Assembly: GCA_000004695.1 (NCBI GenBank)
Contig: CM000155.2
Span: 2,208,001-2,272,000 of the forward strand
Source of the DNA: Dictyostelium discoideum
Taxonomy: Eukaryota
DNA: 64,000 bases
Direction of reading: 5' to 3'
Below are positions 51,652-63,199 of this stretch, in pieces (within the stretch, counting starts at the first letter, position 1; every line of letters begins with the position of its first letter). The notes beneath the pieces are model-generated. The model did no database searches and was not told the origin of the DNA. It saw only the letters and a program-made list of their open reading frames with translations. The position numbers and the translations under genes are program-made.

Positions 51652-52171
51652 GTTGCTGTTGTTATTTTTATAATAATAATAATAATAATTAAAGTGTTTT
51701 ATAAAATAATTTGTTGGTTTGGTTTAATTGAAAATAAAAAAAAAAAAAAACCTTTTAATTTTATAAATAAAAATTTATCTCCATTGTTATTACTACTCTT
51801 GCAAGAGACATTCAAAAAAAAAAAAAAAATCTTAAATTTGTAAGCATGACTCATAATTAAAAAAAAAAAACAAATTTCTCCAATTTTCCAAATTTATTGA
51901 GGGAACTCTAAAAAAAAAAAAAGGCAAAATTTAATAAATTGGGTACCTCGACAAAAAAAAAATATAAAATTAAAAGTAATCATTTATTATTTAATTAATG
52001 TAAATGACCTAATAATGATTATAATCAATCACTTTTTCTAAATAAAATTTTTTTATTATCACTTGTTGAAAAGAGATTACAAAAAAAAAAAAAAAAAAAA
52101 AAATTAAAAAAAAAAAAGAAAAATTATTTACTTAACCACGATAAAAAAAATAAAATAAAAATTAAACCAAA

Positions 52172-52252
52172 CTAAATCAAATCAAATCAAATCAAATCAA
52201 ATCAAATCAAATCAAATCAAATCAAATCAAATCAAATCAAATCGAATCTAAT
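52172..52252. repeat. (AAATC)n pentanucleotide microsatellite, about 16 units
   Basis: Direct reading of aaatcaaatcaaatc…; the last units are mutated (cgaatctaatcaaattaaatt). Confidence 0.9.
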
Positions 52253-53063
52253 CAAATTAAATTAAACAAAATCAAAAAAAAAAAAAAAAAAAAAAAATTA
52301 ATTATATAAAAAAATAAAATTGTATAAAAACAAACTATACTTACTGAACCTACAAATTTTTATTAATCATAGAAAGAAATTTTTATGTTATCAAATATCA
52401 TTATTTTTTTTTTTTTTTTTATTTTTTTTTTTTTAATATGAATTTGTAATTTTATTAAAATGTTATTTTAAAAAATGTGGTTGCTAAATTAATTGAAACT
52501 TTTTTAATATAAAAACTTATTGTGTTTTTTTGTGTTTATTTGATTTTTTTGTTTTTATTTTTTTTCTCACCTAAATAAAAAAAAAATAAAAAATAAAATA
52601 AAAAATTAATGAAAAAGGTCGAACACCGGTTGTAGGTTTTGTTGCATCTGTAAAATCAATTATTTATTCTTATAATCAATTATTCATTCACAATCACCGG
52701 CCTCATCAAATTCATTTACATGACCCCATTAGATTTCAATTTGTTTAATCAGATTATTTAGATATGTACATATCACAAAAAGGAATTCCAAAGGTGTATA
52801 ACAAATCACCAGTACATCAATTATCTACATTACTATCATTTTTATAAACATTTTACCATTTACTCCCTTATTTCTGTGATATAGAATTTAGGTTACAATC
52901 AATTACGATAATCCATCATTATGAATTATAATTCCACGTCTATATTTAAATTTTAATTTTTTAATATGAATTTGGATTCTTTTTTTTTTAAATTTTGGTT
53001 AGTTGGTTTGTAAGATTAAAAGGAAATTAATAAACTAGAAGATGTTTAGTTTTATTTAATTTT

Positions 53064-53297
53064 TTAATTTCCTCCTCTTAATCTAAGTGATAAATTGATT
53101 GTGGAACCCGGTTGAATTTTTAATTCTCCTAAAGTACGACCATTCTCTAATTTTTTACCTAAGAAAGATAATGTTTGTTGATCAATTGGAACACCTTCTC
53201 TTCCTTCAATTACAGCTTTAACCCTTTCAATAGTATCTGTTTCTTTAAATTCGTATGAGACGGCGGAATTACCAACTTTTTTAACAAAAATTTGCAT
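53064..53297 (-). CDS. divergent ubiquitin/NEDD8-like protein with a -RGG-N C-terminus (intact copy within the repeat array)
   Basis: 77-aa ORF: [77 protein letters not shown]. It has a beta-grasp ubiquitin fold (MQIFVK start, I44-equivalent context, LRLRGG) with a one-residue C-terminal extension, as in ubiquitin-like modifier precursors. It is about 45% identical to ubiquitin. Confidence 0.6.
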   Translation of the reverse strand: MQIFVKKVGNSAVSYEFKETDTIERVKAVIEGREGVPIDQQTLSFLGKKLENGRTLGELKIQPGSTINLSLRLRGGN

Positions 53298-53856
53298 GCT
53301 GTTGTCGTTTCAATAATTATAATAAAAATAATAATTATAATTATAAAAATAAAAATTATAAAAATAATAATAATAATAAAAATAATAATAATAATAATAA
53401 CAATAATAATAAGGTTTTATTTATTATTTATTATTTATCATTACCATTGAAAATAATTATAAACCTTTTTCTATTTTTTTTTTTTTTTAAAATTTTTTAA
53501 AAAATTACTAAAAAGAGTTAATTTCATTTTTTTAATTTTTAGTCATTATTATGTGAAAAATAATTTTTATTTTTTATTTTTGTGGGATAATAATAAAATT
53601 TTTTAAATTAACTTTATCAATAGGCATGATTCATAATTTTTTGTGGTGTTGGAATTAAAAAAAAATAAAATGCGAGCGATTACTTTTTGAGGTTTTAAAA
53701 AAAAAGTTGCAAACAACTAACCATTGCCTCATAAATTACTTTTCACCGTTTTAATTCAAAAATTATAATATCTGCAAGATCAACCTAAAAATTTCTAACA
53801 AAATAAAAAATTGGAAATTTTTAAAATATTTAACTCCATTATTTCAGTGATAGAGA

Positions 53857-53940
53857 GTTTAGGTTACAATAAATATTATTCATCATGAATAATATACCGC
53901 GTTTAATAATTCTTCATCTGTATTTGATTGTAACCTAAAC
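53857..53940. repeat. perfect 14-bp inverted repeat (GTTTAGGTTACAAT / ATTGTAACCTAAAC) separated by 56 bp, inside repeat block P
   Basis: The left arm at 53857-53870 and the right arm at 53927-53940 are exact reverse complements. The loop itself contains a near-palindrome, TATTATTCATCATGAATAATA. Degraded versions occur in the other P blocks (52880-52905 and 54770-54830). Confidence 0.7.
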
Positions 53941-54451
53941 CCTCTACCCCACTTACAAGTATATCTAACTTTTAAAATAGAAATTAATTAAAAATTAAAT
54001 AATTAATTAATTGAAAAAAGAGTATCAAGTTAAAGACACTCTATCCGCTACGAATAAAATAAATTTTAAAAATAAAAAAAAAAAATATTATTTTTGAATT
54101 ATTTTTATATTTTTTTTATATAATTTTTATATTAATAGATAAATAACCTTTTCTTAAACAAAATTTCACTACAACTATATGGCCAATGATATCTGGTAAA
54201 AGAAAAATTTTTTTTTTTTTTTTTAAAAATTTTAATTCAAAAATTAATTTTCTGTATAGATTATTTTAAAATACAAGTTTTCAATTAAATAGCAACATAT
54301 CTATTAATAACTTTGGTGATGAGGTTAAATTTTAAAATTTTATTTTTTAATATGAATTTGGATCCTTTTTTTTAAAATTTTATTTTGTTTGTAAGATTAA
54401 AAGGAAAATAATAAACAAGAAGATGTTTAGTTTTATTAAATTTTTTATATA

Positions 54452-54660
54452 AAACATCTTAATTTGGATTTTAAACTGACTGTGGAATCTGGATAAATTT
54501 TATATTAGTCTAAAGTACGACCATATTTGTTGATCTGTTGGAGTACCTTCTTTTGTTGAATTTTAGCTTTAACCTTTTCAATAGTATCTGTTTCAGTAAC
54601 TTGGTATGTGCTGGTTTGTATACCAACTATCTGGACAAAAAGTTTCATGTTGCTGTTGTT
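54452..54660 (-). pseudogene. ubiquitin-like pseudogene with an internal deletion (UBL copy 3 of the array)
   Basis: The minus strand reads MKLFVQIVGIQTSTYQVTETDTIEKVKAKIQQKK|VLQQINKYGRTLD*. The N-terminal half matches UBL copy 2 and ubiquitin (TETDTIEKVKAKIQ). The frame then collapses and the GG terminus is lost. The 3' flank (block F) is conserved. Confidence 0.5.
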
Positions 54661-55233
54661 GTTTTAAAATTATAATTATAGGTTTTTATAAAAATAAAAA
54701 ATAATTTGAAAAAAAAATAAAAAATTGGAAATTTCAAAAATATAATTTAAATACCTTATTTCAGTGATTGGATGTTTAAGTTACAGGTGATGAATTAAAT
54801 ACCTCATTTAATAATTAGTCATCTGTATTTGATTATAACCCTATGAACATTGGAAAGAGTGCATTCATTAATTCAAGTTAAAGACACTCTGTTCACTATG
54901 AATAAAATAAGTATTAAAATAAAAAATAAAAAATTAAAATTAAAAAAATTATTAATTGAGCTCAATTCGAATAATAATTAAGATACTATAGTAATATTTA
55001 ATAACTTTTTTTTTTTTTTTTTTAATATTATTTGCAAACCCAAAAAAAAAAAAAAAAAAAAAAAAAAAATAAATAAATAAACTCATTTTATAAACAATAT
55101 TGACTTTTGGTGTCCATAAAATAACTGGAAAGATTTAAAAAAAATTAAAAATGTGGAATGAGATCAATCTATTACTATATTTAAAATTAAAAAATTAAAT
55201 TGGAATTGTGCGATAAAAAATACCCTCTAAAAT

Positions 55234-55278
<45 letters not shown>

Positions 55279-56368
55279 TCATTTACATTAATTAAACAAT
55301 CTTTATTTAGGTTATTTTTAAAAGTAAATTCAAACTATTAATAAAAAGATAAAATCGGATTTCGATAATTTTAATTTTATAAATATATTTTTTAGTATTG
55401 TTTTTTTTTTTTTAAGTTATTTTATATTATTTACAACTAACATTTTTTTTTTTTTTTAAGTTATTTTATATTATTTTATATTATTTTTATATTATTTTTA
55501 TATTATTTTTATATTATTTTTATATTAATAGATAAATCACCTTTTCTTAAACAAAATTTCACTACAATTATATGGCTAATGATATAAATCTAATCAAAGA
55601 AATTTTTTTTTTTTTTTTTTTTTTAAAAAATAATAGTTTTCGTTTTAAATTAAAAATTAATTTTCTGTATAGATTATTTTAAAATACAAGTTTTCAATTA
55701 AATAACAACACATCTATTACCAAGTTTGTTAAAAAATTACCAAGAAATAAATTAAAAAATATTTGTGGTTATAGTGTGTATGTAAATGCTTAAAAAAAAA
55801 AAATAAAGCTAAGGAAAAAAAAAAAAATCTACAAACCACACATATTTTAACACACTCACACACACACGCATACACACTAAAAACTATTTTTACTATTGAA
55901 ATATATAAAGACATAATCAAAAATAACAACAACTACCATTCAAGATGAATCGTAATTTTTTTTTTTTTAAAAACGTCTTCCACATTTTATATGTTAAGAC
56001 TATTTAATATATATTTTATTTAATTAATTTTAAAATTTTTAAAATAATGGATTATATTATTGTTATTTAAAGGAAAAAAATAAATAAATAAATAAAAATA
56101 ATAGTTAAAAATAAAAAACAAATAATAAAGTAATAATAAAAAAAAAAAAAAAGGTTATTTTATTTTAAACAATTCGATTGAATAAAATCAATTTTCCTTA
56201 AAAAAAAAAATAAAAATAAAAAAATAAAAAAAAGAATTAAATTTTATAGAATCCTATAAAAATTTTGTAATATTATTATTTATTTTTTAATTTATTTATT
56301 TAATTATTTATTTTTTTTCTTATTTTTAAAAAAACTAAAAAATAAATAAAAAAAAAAAAAATAATTGA

Positions 56369-56404
<36 letters not shown>

Positions 56405-56408
<4 letters not shown>

Positions 56409-58712
56409 GAAATATAAATAAAAAATTATTTTACTTTTTAATTCAATTAATAACAATTCTAATTGTTTTATCAGATGGTAAATATTTAAATTATATTTTT
56501 AATATTTTATATGATTTTTTTATTAACTATTATTTTTTAAAAAGATTCATATAATAGTTTATTACCACTTGAAAAGGATATAGCAGTTATAATTAGGGAT
56601 TTATCACCACAAACCAATCCAGATTTTGAAATTGATAATCCAAATCGTGTTATAAAAGGGTTAGTTAAGGATCAATTGAATGAAGAAGATCGTAGTCCAA
56701 TTTATTGTTGTGGAGATGATCATGCACCAAATATCGATAGAAATAGATTTGTAATACATAATCAAAGTACATTTTATAGTTGGTTTCATAATCAAAAGGA
56801 TGTTAATATTGTAATTTCCAAATCATTAGTATTCACTAGAAATGTTACATCTGATGATCCAAGAATTTACTCTTATGAAAGTGATAATTTCTTTCCAATT
56901 GATAAGATGGGTTTTGAAGCAGATTCATACAATGGACCAATAAAAAAGAATCAATGGAAGGATAGATGGGGATTTCCAAGAAATTTCCATTTCTGCTTAG
57001 AGTTACATGCTTCATTTTTCTATATTGGTGGTGAATTATTCAGTTTCAAAGGTGATGATGATGTTTGGGTATTCATTGATAATCGTTTGGTATTGGATTT
57101 GGGTGCACCACATGATGTGTCTGGTCAAAATGGTCAAGGATCTGTATATTTGGATAATTTAGGTTTAGAGAAGAGTAAGAGTTACAATTTCGATTTCTTC
57201 TATTGTGAGCGTCATACAACCGATTCTCATATTATGGTTGAGACAAGTATAGATTTCAAATGTAAATACTATGACTATTGTGGTGTTTGTGAAGGTATGG
57301 GTAAATGTTGTAATCCTTCAGAGTGTTATGGTAGTTTGCCTGCATGTGGCCATTTCGAATGTCCAGGTTTAACTGATATCGCTCCAAATGTTGATTGGCG
57401 TTATCATTGTAAAGTTGTAGTTCCAAATTGTTCCCTCTCTGATACATTCTGTGTTAAACATCAATGTGACCCTGATAGTAAACAATGTGTACCATCCACT
57501 GATTATCAACCATGTCAAGGTAAATCCAATAGTTCTTGTATCGAAGCCCGTTGTGATGATAAAATGGGTGGTTGTTACTTAAAGAGTAAACCAAAGGATC
57601 AATCTAAAAATGATACAACTTGTTATCGTGAAACTTGTAATGAAGATACTAGCACTTGGGAGTATAAAGCACTTTGTGAAGATGATTCTGATAAATGTAT
57701 TTCAAAGAAATGTATTCCAAATTCTGGTTGCTCCAGTAGCGTTGTTGATTGTAATGATAACAATCATTGTACCATCGATAGTTGTTCAAAGGATACTGGT
57801 TGCATTCATGACCCAATTGAAAATTGTGTACCATGTGTTGAAGGCAATAAATGTTCAGAATCCAGTGATAAATGTCAACAATTGGAATGTAATCCATACA
57901 ATAGTACAACGGAATGTATTGATCGTACTAAAAAGAATTGTGATGATTCAAATGCTTGTACTATTGATACTTGTAATGGTGAAAGTGGTGAATGTGAAAA
58001 TACTCCAAAACAATGTCTTGCTAAAAATAAATGCTCCACTGCACGTTGTAACTCTAAAACAGGCCAATGTGATAATATCTATCATTGTGATGATGGTATA
58101 CTTTGTACTCTCGATAAATGTTCAGAAAATGGTACTTGCTATTATGAAGCAAATCCATGTGATGATGGTGATCAATGTACAATTGACATTTGTTTGAATA
58201 CTCTAACTGAAACTGGTGGTTGCTCTCACAGTGCTCGTGTTTGTGAACCAAAAAATTCATGTTTTACAAGTCATTGTGATAAAAAGTTGGGTTGTGTTCA
58301 AACTCCAATTGAATGCCCAGTTGAAGCTTTCTGTTTAATTAGTTTCTGTGATAATTCAACAAAGAAATGTATGACCGCTGATAGACCATGTATTCCTGAT
58401 GATCCACGTTGTCAATATGGTGTTTGTGATAACGATACCAAAGCTTGTATTTTTAAAGACTATGATCCATTACCATTTAAATGTCAATCTGCTGCTGTTA
58501 AAGCTGCCGTTGGTGTTGGTGCTGGTGCTGCAGCTGGTATTGCCATTGGTGGTGCAATTGCATTAGGTCTTGCTGCTTTTGGTGGTAAACGTGGTTATGA
58601 TGCTTGGAAATCCTCAAGAGATAATCAAATCCAAACTTCTTCTGAAAATCCATTATATAATCCAAATCCAAATCAAGGTGATAATCCACTTTATGCTGCT
58701 AATAATTCTTGA
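56405..58712 (+). CDS. PA14-domain, Cys-rich-repeat type I membrane glycoprotein (psi / prespore-cell-inducing-factor-like family); join(56405..56477,56545..58712)
   Basis: Exon 1 is a signal peptide, MGNINKKLFYFLIQLITILIVLSD, ending at a G|GTAAAT donor in phase 1. Exon 2 follows AAAAAG|. It has a PA14-like region (…FHFCLELHASFFYIGGELFSFKGDDDVWVFIDNRLVLDLGAPHD…YNFDFFYCERH) and then about 20 Dictyostelium-type Cys repeats (C.IDTC…, …CDDG..CT.D.C). It ends with a Gly/Ala-rich transmembrane helix (AAVGVGAGAAAGIAIGGAIALGLAAFGG) and a short tail, KRGYDAWKSS…NPLYAANNS. Total 746 aa. Confidence 0.75.
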
Positions 58713-58717
58713 TAAAG

Positions 58718-58749
<32 letters not shown>

Positions 58750-58834
58750 TATTTGTTTTTTTTTTTTAAAAAAAAAATCATTTCATTTTAAAGATATATA
58801 TATTTATGTAAAAAAAATAAAAATAAAAATAAAA

Positions 58835-58878
<44 letters not shown>

Positions 58879-59209
58879 TTGCTCTATTTTAAAATTTAAT
58901 TTTTATTTTATTTTATTTTAATATTTATTTTAGATTTAAAACAAATTTATAAATAATATTTTTATATTTGATAATCGTTTAGGTTTAAAATAAAGTTTTA
59001 AAATAATATTTTTTTTATTTTTTTTTATTTTTTTTTGCCTCCAACTGATAATAAAATTCATACTTTTTTTTTTTCATTTTCTTTTCATTTTTTTTTTTTT
59101 TTTTTTTTTTTTTTCATTTCTCAAAAATTTGTAAAACTAAATATATTTGTATTTTGTATTTATATATGTATATTTAAAAAAAAAAAAAAGGGGAAAGATA
59201 TAAGAAAGA

Positions 59210-60332
<1,123 letters not shown>

Positions 60333-60535
60333 AGAATCTTTTTTTTTTTTTTTGTTTTTTTTTTTTTTTTTCAATAATAAAATTTATTTATTCCAAACAA
60401 AAATATTTTTAATATTATTTTAATTGTATATTCATATCTAAACTACATTAATTAAAATTTATCTTAACAAAAAAAAAAAATAAAAATAATAAAAAAAAAA
60501 AAAAACGAAAAAAATACTCTAACTTGAAAACTGAG

Positions 60536-60543
60536 TCCCATAA
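60536..60543 (+). promoter_or_regulatory. DUSE (Dictyostelium upstream sequence element, TCCCATAA) 63 bp upstream of U3 snoRNA copy 1
   Basis: An exact match to the [A/T]CCCA[C/T]AA consensus reported upstream of Dictyostelium small ncRNA genes. An identical element sits at 62739-62746, also 63 bp upstream of U3 copy 2. Confidence 0.6.
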
Positions 60544-60598
60544 TTTAATTTTAAAAAATGAACAAAATAAAAGAAAGTTTTTTTTATTTTGAAAAGTT

Positions 60599-60809
60599 AT
60601 GACCAAACTCTTAGGATCATTTCTAGAGTATCGTCTATTAAAATTATTCATCAATAATTTTTCCTCTTTCACAGCTAGGATGATGATACACACTCACTAT
60701 ACGAAAGCGTGAAACCGTTATTATCAAATGATTCGTTTATTTGTTATTAACATTGATGACCGTCTAATTCAGGGATGAATTGGTTGTATGGTGGGATTCG
60801 TACTGGCTC
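60599..60809 (+). ncRNA. U3 small nucleolar RNA, copy 1
   Basis: About 211 nt with U3 boxes in canonical order. Box A'/A is CUCUUAGGAUCAUUUCUAGAGUAUCG (human UUUCAGGGAUCAUUUCUAUAGUGUG; yeast CAUAGGAUCAUUUCUAUAGGAAUCG). Box C' is GGAUGAUGAUA. Box B is AAGCGUGAAACCG (human GAGCGUGAAGCCG). Box C is ACAUUGAUGACCGUC (human CCAUUGAUGAUCGUUC). It is followed by a T5 run. The 3' box D is a variant (UACUGG rather than GUCUGA), so the 3' end coordinate is approximate. Confidence 0.7.
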
Positions 60810-61064
60810 TTATTTTTAATTAATTTAAAGAAAAACAAATATGTAGTTATTAATAATTTTTATGCTTTAAATGAAATGTAGTTATTAATAATTTCATAGA
60901 AAGCAAAATAATATATTTAAAAAAAAAAAAATCTATTTTATTAAAAAAAAAAAATCTATTTTATTAAAAAAAAAAAATATCATCTTTTTCTCAATTTTTA
61001 TTTTTATTTTTTTACTTTTTTTAATTTGATTCTTTTTAATTATTAATTAATTTTACACTACAAA

Positions 61065-61866
61065 ATGTCAGAAGGAGATTGTAGGTTTATTTAGTTAATA
61101 AATAAAAAAAAAAAAAAAAAAAAAAAAAAATCAAGTGTTTCTAATTTCATTTTTAAAAGTAGGTTTTGCATCTTTAGGATTAAATGAACAACTAATAAAT
61201 AATATAAAACGATATGGAATTACAAAATTAACACCTTTTCAAATGGAGGTAATAAAAGAAATTAAAGAAAACAGTAATGTTATTGTTGATTCAATTGAGG
61301 GCACAGGTAGGACAATAAGCTTAATTATTGGTACATTAGATAAGATTGATGAAACAAAACAACAACAAGAACAAGAACAACAAGAACGACAACAAACAGA
61401 TCAACAATTTTCATTTCCTCAAATTTTAATGATCTTACCAACAAAAGAGTTATCACAAACAACAAAAGTTATTTATTCATCTTTAGGAGGTGGTGAGAAT
61501 AATAATAATGACTTTAAAGTACTATCATGTATTGGTGGTGTAAAAATATCAATGGATATTGAAATTTTAAAAAAAGGTAATACTCAGATTTTATTAGGTA
61601 CACCAGGAAGAATATCTGACCTATTTTCAAGAAAAAGGTTCGATACAGATAATATTAAAATATTGGTTTTCGATGAACTTGATGAAATCCTTTCAAGAGG
61701 TTTTGAATGTCAATTGGAAGATATTATTAAACCTCTAAATAATAACAATAATTTGCAAATTATTGTTTCAACATCAGGAATTAACGAATTAACTTCAAAT
61801 TTTATAAATACTTTTATAAAGATTCCAAAGATCATTAAATCACAACAAGAACCATATAAATTTTAG
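61065..61866 (+). CDS. truncated eIF4A-like protein: DEAD-box RecA1 domain only, with the catalytic motifs substituted (likely pseudo-helicase); join(61065..61080,61163..61866) with the 5' exon tentative
   Basis: Colinear with eIF4A domain 1: GFASLGLNEQLINNIKRYGITKLTPFQMEVIKEIKENSNVIVDSIEGTGRTISLIIGTL is the Q-motif plus motif I, but GTGRT replaces GSGKT. ILMILPTKELSQ, CIGGVK and LLGTPGRISDLF follow. VFDELDEILSRGF is motif II with DELD replacing DEAD. IIVSTSG has STS replacing SAT. The ORF stops at …IPKIIKSQQEPYKF, the domain 1/2 boundary, with no downstream RecA2 exon. The main ORF lacks an ATG (GTG at 61135). A 16-nt first exon (ATGTCAGAAGGAGATT) joined via GTAGGT…AAAAGTAG in phase 1 would give MSEGDC-FASLGL…. 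Confidence 0.55.
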
Positions 61867-61985
61867 TTTACTTTTTTTTTTTTTTTAAAAAAATAAAAAA
61901 CACATTAAATATATTTTTTTTTTAATTTATTTATTGGTTTATTTGATATTAAATGTTTTCAAACTATTTATGGATATATTTTAAT

Positions 61986-62312
61986 TTATTGTTTTGTTTG
62001 GTTAATTTGATTTCGAATATTATTTAATTGATCATTGGTATTTTCCATACTCTTTATTAAAGATCTTGACAATATATCCATGATACGTGCTTTTTTATTT
62101 TCAATTTCTAATAATTCTTTCATAAATTGTGTATATTTTTGAAATTGTCTCTTATTGAAACTCAATTGTTCCTCCAAAATTTCATTCATAGTTACTAATT
62201 GTCTATTTTTATTATTAGCTTGGTTATCTAATAAATTATCTAAATTTAAAATCTTGATGTCGTTGCTATTTAAAAAATATAAAAGATAACTTTTATTTGA
62301 GTCAGATGACAT
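61986..62312 (-). CDS. hypothetical small coiled-coil protein (108 aa)
   Basis: ATG-initiated ORF: MSSDSNKSYLLYFLNSNDIKILNLDNLLDNQANNKNRQLVTMNEILEEQLSFNKRQFQKYTQFMKELLEIENKKARIMDILSRSLIKSMENTNDQLNNIRNQINQTKQ. Composition is not low-complexity and it has heptad periodicity. No recognisable family. Confidence 0.4.
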   Translation of the reverse strand: MSSDSNKSYLLYFLNSNDIKILNLDNLLDNQANNKNRQLVTMNEILEEQLSFNKRQFQKYTQFMKELLEIENKKARIMDILSRSLIKSMENTNDQLNNIRNQINQTKQ

Positions 62313-62668
62313 AAATTGTAAAATAAAATTTTAAAAAAAAAAAAAGTTCTTTCTTTTTTAAAAGAATTTCTTTTTTTTTTAATAATAGTAATTTATATCT
62401 GTAATCCATTTTTAATAAAATCTTTATATCTATATTATTTTTTATTCTTTATTTATTTTTTATTTTTTTTTATTTTTTTTTTATTTTTTTTTTAAACAAC
62501 AATTTAATTTTATTTATTTTAAAAAAAATAAAAAAAAAAAAAAAACCCAATCCTTGAGGGGGTAACCATTTTTTTATTTTCATATCATTTTGTGTATTTT
62601 TGAGTGTTCATTTTATCAACTAAATAAAAATTAAATAATTTAAAAAAATATAAAAAAAAAATTGAAAA

Positions 62669-62708
<40 letters not shown>

Positions 62709-62801
62709 CATATCCAACAATTTTAAAAAAAAACAGAGTCCCATAATTAAATATTAAAAAATGAACAAAATAAAAGAAAGTTTTTTTTATTTTGAAAAGT
62801 T

Positions 62802-63012
62802 ATGACCAAACTCTTAGGATCATTTCTAGAGTATCGTCTATTAAAATTATTCATCAATAATTTTTCCTCTTTCACAGCTAGGATGATGATACACACTCAC
62901 TATACGAAAGCGTGAAACCGTTATTATCAAATGATTCATTTATTTGTTATTAACATTGATGACCGTCTAATTCAGGGATGAATTGGTTGTATGGTGGGAT
63001 TCGTACTGGCTC
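62802..63012 (+). ncRNA. U3 small nucleolar RNA, copy 2
   Basis: Part of a roughly 295-bp direct repeat (62733-63028) that is about 98% identical to 60527-60822. The same boxes are present as in copy 1, with one substitution (A for G at the position equivalent to 60734). DUSE TCCCATAA lies at 62739-62746. Confidence 0.7.
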
Positions 63013-63199
63013 TTATTTTTAATTAAATGAAAAAAAATCAAATATTTAACCCAATTCATAAAGTCCATATATTAAATTTTCAAAATTTTTTTTTTTTAAA
63101 ATTTTTTTTTTTTTAAAATTGTTTTTTTAAAATAGAAAATGAATATATAATTAAAGAGGATGAAAATATCTATTAGATATTATTATTTTTTATTTTTTT

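Larger units (their letters stand above)
51262..55750. repeat. degenerate tandem array (about 3 units of roughly 1.4 kb) of a composite repeat carrying a ubiquitin-like gene
   Basis: Recurring blocks appear in the same order. Block F (TTAATATGAATTTGGATTCTTTTTTTTAAATTTTGGTTAGTTGGTTTGTAAGATTAAAAGGAAA…AGAAGATGTTTAGTTTTA) is at about 50741 (split by the retroelement), 52957 and 54343. A UBL ORF lies on the minus strand immediately 3' of F. Block R (AAAAATTGGAAATTT…) is at about 53800 and 54715. Block P (…CCTTATTTCAGTGAT.GAG.GTTTAGGTTACA…) is at about 52862, 53830 and 54748. Block Q (TTTTATATTAATAGATAAAT.ACCTTTTCTTAAACAAAATTTCACTACAA.TATATGGC.AATGATAT … AAAATTAATTTTCTGTATAGATTATTTTAAAATACAAGTTTTCAATTAAATA) is at 54125-54310 and 55515-55720. 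Unit 1 (51262 to about 52860) is the most diverged. Confidence 0.6.

Noticed and set aside
57610-58197. 195-aa plus-strand ORF (hydrophobic, V/I/L-rich) inside the PA14/psi gene
   Set aside because: It is an alternative frame of the Cys-repeat region. The annotated frame carries the PA14 domain and regularly spaced Cys repeats, and this one has no start context.
60448-60693. 81-aa minus-strand ORF
   Set aside because: It overlaps the U3 snoRNA copy 1 and its DUSE promoter, and is low-complexity (F/L/K).
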